Assembly (NCBI GenBank): GCA_017503225.1
Contig: JAFVTM010000053.1
Span: 1 to 49,161 of the forward strand
Source: Clostridia bacterium
Lineage (GTDB): Bacteria; Bacillota; Clostridia; Monoglobales; Monoglobaceae
Direction of reading: 5' to 3'
Length of the DNA: 49,161 bases
In this document: positions 24,853 to 34,476 of the stretch, piece by piece
Layout: each line of letters opens with the position of its first letter
Numbering within the stretch: position 1 is the first letter of the stretch
Program-made: the position numbers and the translations under genes
Notes under the pieces: model-generated
Told to the model about the DNA's origin: nothing
The model's database searches: none
The model's input: the letters and a program-made list of their open reading frames with translations, nothing else

Positions 24853-27765
24853 ATGAAATTTTCAAAAAGACTTTTGTGCACACTGCTTGCGATTTTGGTT
24901 ACACTTACAAGCATTGCAGTTGTGCCGGCTTCTGCTGCATTTACAGATTTGGAAGCAAATCACAGTGCATATGATGCAGTTAACGTACTCAGCAAGCTTG
25001 GTGTTATCAATGGTTATGATGACGGAAGCTTCAAACCCAACAACAACGTAACCCGTGCAGAGTTCACAGCTATGCTTCTCAGAACTCGTGGTCTTGGCAG
25101 TGTTGGTTCAACAAGCCTTGAGAACCCACCATTTCCTGATGTTACAACTCCTGATGTTTCATGGGCTATCGGAAACATAAGAACAGCTCGTGAAATGGGA
25201 ATCATCAACGGTTATGACGATGGAACATTTTTGCCAAACAACAATGTTTTGTATGAAGAAGCGGTTAAAATGATTGTTTGTGCTCTTGGTTATGGCGAAA
25301 TGGGAGCAGAGGGTGCAAAATGGTATTCAAAATATCTGATGACTGCAACATCACTTGGCTTTATTGAAGGCGCAGGCGGTGCAGTTTCAGTTCCTGCAAC
25401 CCGTGCGACTATTGCAAATATGCTTTACAACTGTCTTGAAGTGGAACTCGCTGAGGATAACAAAATTACAGAAAAAACTATCCTTGAGCATGACCTCAAG
25501 CTTACAAAGAATGTAGGTTATATTTCATCAAACTCAAAAATCAGCCTTTCTCAGCCAGATGCAAATCTTCGTGATGATGAAGTAGAAATTTCTGTTAATG
25601 GAGTTGCTTCTACTTACAAGGTGGATGACGCATCAAAGTATAGAGATATGCTCGGTGCACAGATTGAATTCTATTTCAAGAATGATTTTAGCAGCGGCCT
25701 CAAGCACCTTATTCTTGCAACTGTTAAGAACAGCACAACAATTAAGATTGATGCTGATTCACTTCAGGGTGGTTCAACAAGCACAATAAGATATTTTAAA
25801 TCTGATGATGCTGAGAGAGAAACTACTTTGAATATTGCGGCAAACAGCGTTGTTGTATACAATGGAAAGCTTTATGGAGCTAATGCTACTGCAAGTAGCT
25901 TTGAAATATATTATGCTAATGAAAACTTGCCGTTGGTGGGTGATATTGAACTTGTTGACCGCGATGGCGACAATGCATTTGATGTAGTTTTTGTAAATGA
26001 TTATGAACCCTATTTCGTGTCATCTGTTACATCTTCTGACTATAAGGTAACAGACAATGCACTTAGAAACGGGCTTTCAGGTGGCAACCAGAAAATATTG
26101 AACTATAAGGCAAATGATATAGAGTTTGTTACCAAGGATGGTGCAGTTACCTCATTTAATGCAATTAAAAAAGGCAGTATGATTTTTGTGGCACAGGACA
26201 AGCATTCATCCGGTGACGCAAAGGTAATTGTTTGCAACGACACAGTAACAGGCAAAATCACATCGTCAAGCTCATCAAAGGGTATTACAGTTAACGGACA
26301 GAACTATAAGTTCTCAAGCCTTGCGCCTTGGGAAAATCCGTTGCCCGGTGCAACTCCTTCTTTGACAACTGCACCTCAGATGGGTGATACCGCAAAATTC
26401 TATCTTGATTTGAGCGGAAAGATTATCTGGTATGATAAAACAGAAGTGGCATCAAATCTTCAGTATGGCTATATAACAGGTGCTGAGTATGACAGTGGTG
26501 ATTTTGATGAAAGTGCACAGGTTATGATTGTCACAAAATCCAATGTAAAGGGTAGCGTGTATACAATAACAAGCAAGTCAAAGCTTATTGTTAACGGTAG
26601 CCCTGTTGAGATAACAGGCTTGGAAAACTTTGTTGATTTACTCGATGCGGCAAGTGAAAGAAGCACCGATCCACTGGATGCAGACAACGACTACAAACAG
26701 CTTGTTAAATTTACAACATCTAAGGGAACAGAGATTGATGAGATTATCACAGCAACTGCATCGACAGTTACACCTGAAAAGATAGCTGATGACGTGCTTA
26801 ATCTTTACAGCCCCATAACAGCTAATACAGATTGCAAATATTCATCAAGCAGCTTTGAAGCAGTATCGGGTGGCAGCAAGAAAATAAATGTAAGCAATGC
26901 ATTTATTCTTGATGTAAGAACTCCCGGAAAGTACAGCCTTTTGACAACAAGCAAGCTGAAAAAATCTTTAACAGGCGGTTATAAAATCGAGTGCTTTGAT
27001 GTGGATTCCACAAACTTTGCAAAGGTTGTTCTTGTGTATGATGTTCCTGTAACTGCAAACATAGGTGAAGTTGATGAAAAATCACCTGTATTTGTTATTG
27101 ATGAAATTATGCAGGAGCAGGATGGAGATTATGTAAGATATATTCTCAGCGGTTGGGTAGGAACAACCCGTCACGAAGACTGGAAACTTTCTGTTGAGGA
27201 TTCTTCAACCATGGCAATTGCTCCAACACTTGCTAAAGGTGATGTTGTGAGACTTGGTACAGACAGTGAGGGTTATTATACCATCAAGCATGAAACTCCG
27301 GACAATGAGCCAGATCCAGCAAAGAGAAAACAGCATATAATTTTCAGTATGGCACCTGACGACTATCGCAGCACACTTGATAATCCTTCTCAAAAAATTT
27401 CTGGAAGCACAGCTTATCCTGAATATGAAGTTATCTGGGGTACACTTTATGAAAGAAGCAATACTGCTTTGATGGTTTCAAAGTCGATGCTTACAGGGGT
27501 TGAGGCTGAAAATGCTCTTGATCTCAGAGAGGATGCAATTTTGCCGTCTGCTTTCAGTGGTGCAAAGGTTCTTGTTTACAAAATGGAAAACGGCGAACTC
27601 AAGATTTATGAAGAAGCAGCGCCCACGGTAAATGGTGAAGACACGGATTGGGGATACATTGAGGGACTTAACAAGTTCACAAACAACAATGGTGATGCTC
27701 CGGCTGAAATCTTCATCTATATGAACAATAACAAAGTTAAAACAATGATTATTGTTGAAAGATAA
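24853..27765 (+). CDS. Large SLH-domain surface (S-layer-like) protein
   Basis: Start at ATG 24853 after GGAGG. Signal peptide MKFSKRLLCTLLAILVTLTSIAVVPASA, then three SLH repeats, then about 780 aa that are Ser/Thr/Asn/Gly-rich and low in Cys, with no motif I recognise. Confidence 0.8.
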   Translation: MKFSKRLLCTLLAILVTLTSIAVVPASAAFTDLEANHSAYDAVNVLSKLGVINGYDDGSFKPNNNVTRAEFTAMLLRTRGLGSVGSTSLENPPFPDVTTPDVSWAIGNIRTAREMGIINGYDDGTFLPNNNVLYEEAVKMIVCALGYGEMGAEGAKWYSKYLMTATSLGFIEGAGGAVSVPATRATIANMLYNCLEVELAEDNKITEKTILEHDLKLTKNVGYISSNSKISLSQPDANLRDDEVEISVNGVASTYKVDDASKYRDMLGAQIEFYFKNDFSSGLKHLILATVKNSTTIKIDADSLQGGSTSTIRYFKSDDAERETTLNIAANSVVVYNGKLYGANATASSFEIYYANENLPLVGDIELVDRDGDNAFDVVFVNDYEPYFVSSVTSSDYKVTDNALRNGLSGGNQKILNYKANDIEFVTKDGAVTSFNAIKKGSMIFVAQDKHSSGDAKVIVCNDTVTGKITSSSSSKGITVNGQNYKFSSLAPWENPLPGATPSLTTAPQMGDTAKFYLDLSGKIIWYDKTEVASNLQYGYITGAEYDSGDFDESAQVMIVTKSNVKGSVYTITSKSKLIVNGSPVEITGLENFVDLLDAASERSTDPLDADNDYKQLVKFTTSKGTEIDEIITATASTVTPEKIADDVLNLYSPITANTDCKYSSSSFEAVSGGSKKINVSNAFILDVRTPGKYSLLTTSKLKKSLTGGYKIECFDVDSTNFAKVVLVYDVPVTANIGEVDEKSPVFVIDEIMQEQDGDYVRYILSGWVGTTRHEDWKLSVEDSSTMAIAPTLAKGDVVRLGTDSEGYYTIKHETPDNEPDPAKRKQHIIFSMAPDDYRSTLDNPSQKISGSTAYPEYEVIWGTLYERSNTALMVSKSMLTGVEAENALDLREDAILPSAFSGAKVLVYKMENGELKIYEEAAPTVNGEDTDWGYIEGLNKFTNNNGDAPAEIFIYMNNNKVKTMIIVER

Positions 27766-27786
27766 AGGCAAACAAATTTAAATTTA

Positions 27787-27820
27787 AAAGACACAGAACA
27801 AATGTTCTGTGTCTTTTTTA
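27787..27820 (+). terminator. Intrinsic terminator after the SLH protein gene
   Basis: AAAAGACACAGAACA / AAT loop / TGTTCTGTGTCTTTTTT. Confidence 0.88.
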
Positions 27821-27823
27821 TGT

Positions 27824-27858
27824 AAAATAAAAGCCCGCTGATTTTGAGGCGGGCTTTG
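27824..27858 (-). terminator. Intrinsic terminator after argF
   Basis: The minus strand reads AAGCCCGC / loop / GCGGGCTT, then TTTATTTTA. Confidence 0.75.
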
Positions 27859-27883
27859 GTGTTTGTTATAATAAATTTTGAGT

Positions 27884-28789
27884 TTAGTCTTTCATAAGCT
27901 TTACAAGGACTGCTTTTTGTGCGTGGAGGCGGTTTTCTGCTTCGTCAAAAATTTCAGCGGCGTGTGCTTCCAGTACCTCTGCGGTGATTTCTTCGCCTCT
28001 ATGTGCCGGCAAGCAGTGGAGAACCATAGCATCACTTTTTGCAACAGCCATAAGGTCAGCGTTTATCTGATAGCTTGCAAAAACTTTCTGACGTTCCTTG
28101 GCTTCAGCTTCCTGACCCATTGATGCCCATACGTCAGTAACAAGGATATCTGCATCCTTTGCGGCGTCCGCACAGGATTCGGTACAGGTGAACTTTCCAT
28201 TTTCGCTTGCCCATTTCATAAGGTCGGCATCCGGTTCATAGCCTTTTGGACAGGCAATAGCAAATTCCATACCCATTTTTATAGCACCCACCATCAGTGA
28301 GTTTGACATATTGTTTCCGTCACCGATAAAGCACATTTTGAGTCCATGGAAACTTCTCTTATATTCCCTTATGGTCATAAGGTCAGCAAGCACCTGACAG
28401 GGATGGCAATAGTCAGTGAGACCATTTATAATCGGGATAGAGCCGTATTTTGCCAAATCTTCAACCTCTTTTTGCTGGAAGGTTCTTATCATAATTCCGT
28501 CAAGGTATCTTGAAAGGACTCTTGCGGTATCTTCAACCGGCTCGCCTCTGCCTATTTGCAGATCATTTGAGCTTAAGAAGAGGGGATAGCCGCCAAGGTC
28601 AGCCATACCTACTTCAAATGATACACGGGTGCGGGTGGAAGACTTTTCAAAAATCATTCCCAATGTTTTTCCCTCAAGGTGTTTGTGAGGTATACCGTTT
28701 TTCTTTTCGTATTTCAGCTGGTCTGCAAGGTCAAGAATTTCTGTTATTTCCTGAGCAGAGAGGTCTGAAAGTTTGAGTAAGTGTTTCAT
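27884..28789 (-). CDS. argF: Ornithine carbamoyltransferase
   Basis: SSTRTRVSFE, HPCQVLAD, HCLPAHRGEE. Start at ATG 28789 (MKHLLKLSDL) with a GGAGAA RBS. Confidence 0.93.
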   Translation of the reverse strand: MKHLLKLSDLSAQEITEILDLADQLKYEKKNGIPHKHLEGKTLGMIFEKSSTRTRVSFEVGMADLGGYPLFLSSNDLQIGRGEPVEDTARVLSRYLDGIMIRTFQQKEVEDLAKYGSIPIINGLTDYCHPCQVLADLMTIREYKRSFHGLKMCFIGDGNNMSNSLMVGAIKMGMEFAIACPKGYEPDADLMKWASENGKFTCTESCADAAKDADILVTDVWASMGQEAEAKERQKVFASYQINADLMAVAKSDAMVLHCLPAHRGEEITAEVLEAHAAEIFDEAENRLHAQKAVLVKLMKD

Positions 28790-28802
28790 TTTGTTTTCTC
28801 CT

Positions 28803-29963
28803 TTAGATTGTTTCAATAACTGTTTTTAGTATTTTTATACCCTTGTCAAGCTCTTCCCTTGTAATGTTAAGAGGGGGAAGAAGTCTGACCTTATCTTTCG
28901 CTGTAAGGACTAAAAGTCCGTTTTCAAGGCATTTTTTAAGAATGTCCTTTGCGTCTTTGCGGGTCTTTAGCCCTATCATATATCCAATGCCGCAGATTTC
29001 TTCAATGCCGTCAATTTTGGAAAGCTCGCTCCATAAATATCTACTATTTTTGGTAACTTCAGCCAGAAAATCATCATCAAGCCGTGAAAGAACATTTATG
29101 GCTGCAGCAGCAGAAATGGGGTTGCCGCCAAAGGTCGAACCGTGACTGCCCGCGGGCATAATGTCTTTTAATTTTTCCGAAAATACGGTAGCACCGATGG
29201 GGAGACCACCTGCGAGGCCTTTGGCAGTTGTGAAGATGTCGGGGGAAATTCCAAAATGCTGATGTGCATAGAGCTTGCCTGTTCTGCCATTTCCTGTCTG
29301 CACCTCGTCGATAATGAGAAGCATATCGTTTTTCTCTACGATTTCTTTTGTAGCCAACACAAATTCTTTTGTCAGGGGAAGAACACCGCCCTCGCCTTGT
29401 ATAAGCTCAAACATAATTGCACAACAGTTTTCGTTTGCTAAACTTTCAAGTTCTTTGATGTCGTTGGCTGTCACGTACACAAAACCCTCGGTAAAAGGTG
29501 TGAAATGCTTGTGAAAACCATCCTGGCCGGTGGCGGAGAGGGTTGTAACCGTTCTGCCGTGGAAACTGTTTTTGAGGGTTATAATAATGTTCTTGTCGGG
29601 GTTCTTGTCCGTTCCGTACTTGCGGGCTGCTTTTATTGCACATTCGTTTGCTTCGGCACCGGAATTTGAAAAGAATACCTTGCTCATACCGGTTTTCTCA
29701 CATAGCATTTTTGCCAGAGTTGAGCAGGGCTCGGTGTAGTAATAGTTTGAAGTGTGCTGGATTTTTTTAAGCTGATTTGTTACAGCATCAACCCACTCAT
29801 CGTCGCAAGCACCAAATGTGTTTACGGCTATGCCACTGCCAAAGTCGATATATTCTTTGCCGTCAGCGGATACGAAGGTGCTACCTTTTCCTGAAATTAT
29901 TTCAAGGTCAAGGCGACCATAGGTGGGAAGCACGTATTTTTTATCTGTTTCTTTTATTGTCAT
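28803..29963 (-). CDS. argD: Acetylornithine aminotransferase
   Basis: Class III aminotransferase: FFSNSGAEANECAIK, LIIDEVQTGNGRTG, TTAKGLAGGLP (PLP-Lys context). It lies inside the arg operon. Confidence 0.9.
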   Translation of the reverse strand: MTIKETDKKYVLPTYGRLDLEIISGKGSTFVSADGKEYIDFGSGIAVNTFGACDDEWVDAVTNQLKKIQHTSNYYYTEPCSTLAKMLCEKTGMSKVFFSNSGAEANECAIKAARKYGTDKNPDKNIIITLKNSFHGRTVTTLSATGQDGFHKHFTPFTEGFVYVTANDIKELESLANENCCAIMFELIQGEGGVLPLTKEFVLATKEIVEKNDMLLIIDEVQTGNGRTGKLYAHQHFGISPDIFTTAKGLAGGLPIGATVFSEKLKDIMPAGSHGSTFGGNPISAAAAINVLSRLDDDFLAEVTKNSRYLWSELSKIDGIEEICGIGYMIGLKTRKDAKDILKKCLENGLLVLTAKDKVRLLPPLNITREELDKGIKILKTVIETI

Positions 29964-29986
29964 AATATTTTCTCCTGATTATTTTC

Positions 29987-30466
29987 TCAGTTTACCGCTT
30001 TTGTCAGGTCCTCAGAGAATTTGAGGGCATCGACTTCGTTGCTGAGGGCGATGAAAACTGTGTCATCTCCTGCGATAACTCCTACCACATTGCTGAACTC
30101 AAGTGTTTCGATTGCCATGGCACAGCCTTGGGCAGAGCCGGGAATGGTTTTTACCACAACCAGGTTTCCTGCGGTCTGTACGGTGATTACTGCGTGGGTG
30201 AGAACCGCTGTGTATCGTGCCTTTATGGCAGAATCTGATTCTCTGCCGGGGAGGGCGTAACGGTATTTTTCGTTCTTGTCAGCAATCTTGATAAGCCGAA
30301 GCTCGCGGATGTCACGGGATACCGTTGCCTGTGTTACTTTGAAATTTTCCTTAATCAGACAGTCTGTGAGTTGTTCCTGAGTTTCGATGGATTTGTCTGA
30401 AATAAGGCGGATTATTGCGTTATGTCGGGCTCTTTTTGAGTCGCGTGAAATATCTTTTTCCTGCAT
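29987..30466 (-). CDS. argR: Arginine repressor
   Basis: Winged helix (IETQEQLTDCLIKENFKVTQATVSRDIRELRLIK) plus the C-terminal arginine-binding motif GVIAGDDTVFI. Confidence 0.9.
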   Translation of the reverse strand: MQEKDISRDSKRARHNAIIRLISDKSIETQEQLTDCLIKENFKVTQATVSRDIRELRLIKIADKNEKYRYALPGRESDSAIKARYTAVLTHAVITVQTAGNLVVVKTIPGSAQGCAMAIETLEFSNVVGVIAGDDTVFIALSNEVDALKFSEDLTKAVN

Positions 30467-30481
30467 AACTTAAAAGCTCCT

Positions 30482-31336
30482 TTACACAAACATAGTACCG
30501 ATACCTTCATCGGTCAAAATTTCGATAAGGATTGAATGGGGGACTCTGCCGTCAAGGATGAAAACTTTGTTTACGCCCTGACGTATTGCATCAATGCAAC
30601 ATTCAATCTTTGGAATCATTCCGCCGGAAATTATGCCTTCGCTGATGAGTGCAGGGGCTTCGCTTACCTTTACCACGGGGATAAGGGTAGAGTCGTCATC
30701 TTTATCACGAAGAAGACCGCGGATATCGGTCATTGAAATCAGTGATTCGGCATTCAGTACCCCTGCAATTTTCGATGCTGCTGTGTCAGCATTGATGTTG
30801 TATACATTTCCATGGTTGTCACAGCCAACCGTTGAAATAACAGGGATGTAGCCTTTTTCAATAACATCAAGGATAGGCTCGGGGTTGATGGATGTGATTT
30901 CACCCACATAGCCGTGGACGTCGTCAAGCTGTTTTGCCTCTATCATATGCCCGTCAATTCCGCAAAGACCCATTGCTTTTCCGCCCATAGAGTGAATGAG
31001 ATTTACCAGGTTTTTGTTGATTTTTCCTGCCAAAACCATCTGGACAATGTCAATGGAATCCTTGTCGGTAACACGAAGTCCGTCAATGAATTCGGTTTTT
31101 GTTCCTGTTTTTTCAAGCATTTCTGAAATTTCAGGACCACCGCCGTGGACAAGGACAACCTTTATGCCAACCAAGGAAAGGAGGAGGATGTCGCCCATAA
31201 CGGCGTTTTTCAGTTCGTCGTTTAGCATTGCGTTTCCGCCGTACTTGATAACCACGATTTTGTTGTAATATTTTTGTATGTAGGGAAGTGCCTCAACAAG
31301 AATTTTGGCACGTTCAAGTGTTGAAATCTCGTTCAT
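30482..31336 (-). CDS. argB: Acetylglutamate kinase
   Basis: VVIKYGGNAM, VLVHGGGPEI, NINADTAA, GGMIPK. Confidence 0.93.
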   Translation of the reverse strand: MNEISTLERAKILVEALPYIQKYYNKIVVIKYGGNAMLNDELKNAVMGDILLLSLVGIKVVLVHGGGPEISEMLEKTGTKTEFIDGLRVTDKDSIDIVQMVLAGKINKNLVNLIHSMGGKAMGLCGIDGHMIEAKQLDDVHGYVGEITSINPEPILDVIEKGYIPVISTVGCDNHGNVYNINADTAASKIAGVLNAESLISMTDIRGLLRDKDDDSTLIPVVKVSEAPALISEGIISGGMIPKIECCIDAIRQGVNKVFILDGRVPHSILIEILTDEGIGTMFV

Positions 31337-31352
31337 TTTTTATCTCCTTTGA

Positions 31353-32567
31353 TTAGGTGCGATAGTCACCATTTATTTTTACATAATCATAGGTGAGGTC
31401 ACAGCCCCAGCTTTTTGCTTCGCCGTTTCCTTCATGGAATGTTATATCGATAATGATTTCGTCTTCAGTGAGGATTTTCTTTGCCTCATCCTCATCAAAA
31501 TCAACGCCACTGCCGTTCTTGCACACATCGATTTTTCCCGCAACTGAGGAAAGGGAAACATCTACTGCATTGATATCGCATTTTGCACCGCTGTAACCGA
31601 TGGCGCAAAGAATTCTTCCCCAGTTTGCATCGGCACCGAACATCGCGGCTTTAAATAGCGATGAACAAATAACGCTTTTTGCGATAATTCTTGCATTTTC
31701 TTTGTCCACGGCACCATGAACTCGGCTTTCAAGAAGCTTTGTTGCTCCCTCTCCGTCTTTTGCAATCTGACGGCAAAGGTAGGTGGTAACCGCTGAGAGT
31801 GCTTTGCAGAAAGTATCAAAGTCTTCTCCCACAGTGTCAATGATGGGGTTTTCAGCCATACCGTTTGCAAGAACAGACACCATATCGTTGGTGGAGGTGT
31901 CTCCGTCTATGGAGATCATATTGAATGAATCGAGGATATCTGCACTCAGGGCTTTCTGGAGCATTTTGGGGGTGATGGATGCGTCGGTTGTGACGAAAAC
32001 CAGCATTGTTGCCATATTAGGGTGAATCATGCCTGAACCCTTGGCAATTCCGCCGATTTTGCAGAGTTTTCCGCCGATTTCAAAAGAAAACGCAATTTCT
32101 TTTTTCTTGGCATCGGTGGTCATAATTGCTTCTGCGGCGTCGTTACTGCCGTCATAGTTTAAGCCGCTTGCAAGATCCGTCATGGCATTTTTTATAGGGG
32201 TAATGTCAAGAGGCTGACCGATTACACCTGTTGATGCAACCACGACGTCGGTTTTTGGAATACCGGTGTGCTTTTCTACCAGGTCGCACATAGCCTCTGC
32301 GATTTCAATGCCGTTGGCGTTGCAGGTGTTGGCATTTCCGCTGTTACAGATGATTGCTTGTCCATAACCATCTTTTAAATTTTCTTTTGTAACATAAAGA
32401 GGCGCGCCTTTAACAAGATTTTGTGTGTATGTGGCAGCGGCTGTAGCCTTTGTTTCACTGACAATCAGCGCTAAATCCTTTTTGTCTTTGTTTTTGCGTA
32501 TTCCGGCGTGGATGCCGAAAGCTTTAAATCCTTTTGCGGCACAAACGCCGCCTTTTATCTGTTCCAT
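31353..32567 (-). CDS. argJ: Bifunctional ornithine acetyltransferase / N-acetylglutamate synthase
   Basis: Autoprocessing site context PNMATMLVFVTTDA. The C-terminus ends ...YVKINGDYRT, typical of ArgJ. Confidence 0.92.
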   Translation of the reverse strand: MEQIKGGVCAAKGFKAFGIHAGIRKNKDKKDLALIVSETKATAAATYTQNLVKGAPLYVTKENLKDGYGQAIICNSGNANTCNANGIEIAEAMCDLVEKHTGIPKTDVVVASTGVIGQPLDITPIKNAMTDLASGLNYDGSNDAAEAIMTTDAKKKEIAFSFEIGGKLCKIGGIAKGSGMIHPNMATMLVFVTTDASITPKMLQKALSADILDSFNMISIDGDTSTNDMVSVLANGMAENPIIDTVGEDFDTFCKALSAVTTYLCRQIAKDGEGATKLLESRVHGAVDKENARIIAKSVICSSLFKAAMFGADANWGRILCAIGYSGAKCDINAVDVSLSSVAGKIDVCKNGSGVDFDEDEAKKILTEDEIIIDITFHEGNGEAKSWGCDLTYDYVKINGDYRT

Positions 32568-32578
32568 AATTTATACCT

Positions 32579-33517
32579 TTACAAAACCAGTCCTTTGGTT
32601 TCGTCCTTTCCTGTGATTAAATTAAAACATTGAATTGCCGCACCGGATGCGCCTTTCCCAAGGTTATCAAATGTCGATGCCACAAGAATGCGGTCATCGT
32701 TTCCGGTGACGATAATTTCCATACTGTCTTTTCCTGAAAGCTCGTTGGTGCCAAGAAAACCCTCCTGACCAAATGGTCTCATTCTTACAAGCTTTTGACC
32801 CTCGTAGTGCTGAGCTAGAATTTCGTGGATATTTTCTGCTGTAACCTTTTTTGAAAGGAGTCTTGAATTTAGCGCTACAGAAACGGTCATTCCGCTGTAA
32901 AAGTCTGCAACGATTGGTGAAAAACAAGGTTCAAAACTTAGATTACACACGGACTTCATTTCTGGAAGATGTTTGTGGTGCTGAGAGAGACCATATTGAC
33001 GTGGGCTGTCAAGAAGAACAGCTCTTTCGGATGATTCATATTCTGCAATCATTTGCTTTCCACCGCCGCTGTATCCGGTAACAGAGGTAGCAACTATTGG
33101 GTAGTCAGCGGGAATTATGCCATTTGCCACAAGTGGAGCAACGATTGAACAAAAACCGCTGGCGTGACATCCGGGAACCGCAATGCGATTTGATGCAAGG
33201 AGCTTTTCGCGGAAATCATCAGACAGCTCAGGAAAACCATATGCCCAATCAGGGTTTGTTCGGTGGGCAGTGGAGGTGTCAAGGATTTTTGTAGAAACGT
33301 TGCCCACTACGCCTATGATTTCCTTTGATGCGGCATCGGGCAGACACAAAAAAGCGGCATCTGCTGAGGTCAACGCTTCACATCTTGCACTCAGGTCTTT
33401 TCTGTTTTCTTCGGTCAGCGTGATTAGCTCTATATCATCGCGGGCAGAGAGTCGGTCATATATCCTAAGACCGGTGGTTCCGCTGCTTCCGTCGATAAAA
33501 ACTTTTGTCTTTGTCAT
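32579..33517 (-). CDS. argC: N-acetyl-gamma-glutamyl-phosphate reductase (short type)
   Basis: VFIDGSSGTTGL, catalytic Cys context VPGCHASG. 312 aa. Confidence 0.9.
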   Translation of the reverse strand: MTKTKVFIDGSSGTTGLRIYDRLSARDDIELITLTEENRKDLSARCEALTSADAAFLCLPDAASKEIIGVVGNVSTKILDTSTAHRTNPDWAYGFPELSDDFREKLLASNRIAVPGCHASGFCSIVAPLVANGIIPADYPIVATSVTGYSGGGKQMIAEYESSERAVLLDSPRQYGLSQHHKHLPEMKSVCNLSFEPCFSPIVADFYSGMTVSVALNSRLLSKKVTAENIHEILAQHYEGQKLVRMRPFGQEGFLGTNELSGKDSMEIIVTGNDDRILVASTFDNLGKGASGAAIQCFNLITGKDETKGLVL

Positions 33518-33532
33518 TTGAATACACCTTTC

Positions 33533-33546
33533 GCATAAATATTCAT
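33533..33546. promoter_or_regulatory. ARG box A (downstream of the -10)
   Basis: The minus strand reads ATGAATATTTATGC, related to the ArgR/AhrC consensus TGAATwwwwATTCA. Confidence 0.55.
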
Positions 33547-33559
33547 AATTACATCATAT

Positions 33560-33588
33560 ATTAAACCACAATTTCCATATATAGTCAA
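33560..33588 (-). promoter_or_regulatory. Promoter of the arg operon
   Basis: The minus strand reads TTGACT, 17-nt spacer, TTTAAT preceded by TGG (extended -10). Confidence 0.6.
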
Positions 33589-33597
33589 TGGTATTTT

Positions 33598-33611
33598 TGC
33601 ATAAATATTCA
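33598..33611. promoter_or_regulatory. ARG box B (abutting the -35)
   Basis: The minus strand reads TGAATATTTATGCA, a 13 of 14 match to TGAATwwwwATTCA. It is an 11-nt exact copy of the box A core (GAATATTTATG). Confidence 0.6.
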
Positions 33612-33627
33612 AAAATATTTATAAAAA

Positions 33628-33643
33628 TGCATATATTTTGCAT
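33628..33643. promoter_or_regulatory. ARG-box-like palindrome C (distal)
   Basis: TGCATATATTTTGCAT is an AT-rich imperfect palindrome with TGCA ends, about 30 bp from box B. Confidence 0.35.
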
Positions 33644-33677
33644 AAAAAAAGTCCACAGCAAAGATTTACTGTGGACT
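33643..33677 (-). terminator. Intrinsic terminator after jag
   Basis: The minus strand reads AGTCCACAG / 10-nt loop / CTGTGGACT, then TTTTTTT. Confidence 0.85.
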
Positions 33678-33693
33678 GAGTGTTTTTGAATTG

Positions 33694-34476
33694 TTATTCG
33701 TCAGCTTTTGCCAGAGATATAACCATACGACGATTTGGTTCTTCGCCAATGCTGTGGGTTCTGATTCTTGGATTATTCTGGAGCGCTGAGTGAATGATTC
33801 GTCTTTCGTTTGCTGTCATAGGCTCAAGAGTAATAGATTTTTTATCACGGAGAACGCTGCGTTCAAGGCCATGAGCCAGACGAACAAGAGTGTCTTCTCT
33901 CTTTGAACGGTAATTTTCTGTGTCGATGCTTACCTTTACATAAGGCATATTTTTGTTTCTGTTTACGTAAAGGACGGTGAGCATTTGAACAGCGTCAAGG
34001 GTATCACCGCGTTTGCCGATGAGGAGACCCATTTTGTCACCTGAAACATCGATGCTGATAACGTTTTTGTCAAGTTTTACGTGAAGCTCAAATTTGAGAC
34101 CTATTTTTGTAAGAAGCTCGGAAACGAAATATTTTGCATCGTCAACAGCTGTTTTTGGAATAACAAAATCTTCGTCAACTGTCGGAGCTGCTTTCTTTTC
34201 GTGAGTTTCAGGTTTTTCGGTTTTTTCGGTCACGATTGCTTCTTTTTTGTCAGCTTTCTTTTCTGTTTTTTCGATCTTTGGAGCTTCCTTTTTCTCGTCT
34301 GCTGTGCGCCATGCCACGATTTCTACCTCGCTGCTGCCAAGTAAAAATTTCATAAGGCCTTTGCCGATTTCCTTGGTTACGGTGTATGAAATCTCATCTT
34401 TTGAAACACCAAGGTCTTTTGCTGCAAGCTCTAATGCTTCATCGAGATTTTTTGCGTTTTTTTCTACTTTTAACAT
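33694..34476 (-). CDS. jag: Jag/KhpB-type RNA-binding protein (Jag_N, KH, R3H)
   Basis: N-terminal Jag_N (NLDEALELAAKDLGVSKDEISYTV), a Lys/Glu-rich linker, a KH-like region (LLIGKRGDTLDAVQ), and R3H (LEPMTANERRIIHSAL). Conserved position after yidC. Confidence 0.88.
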   Translation of the reverse strand: MLKVEKNAKNLDEALELAAKDLGVSKDEISYTVTKEIGKGLMKFLLGSSEVEIVAWRTADEKKEAPKIEKTEKKADKKEAIVTEKTEKPETHEKKAAPTVDEDFVIPKTAVDDAKYFVSELLTKIGLKFELHVKLDKNVISIDVSGDKMGLLIGKRGDTLDAVQMLTVLYVNRNKNMPYVKVSIDTENYRSKREDTLVRLAHGLERSVLRDKKSITLEPMTANERRIIHSALQNNPRIRTHSIGEEPNRRMVISLAKADE

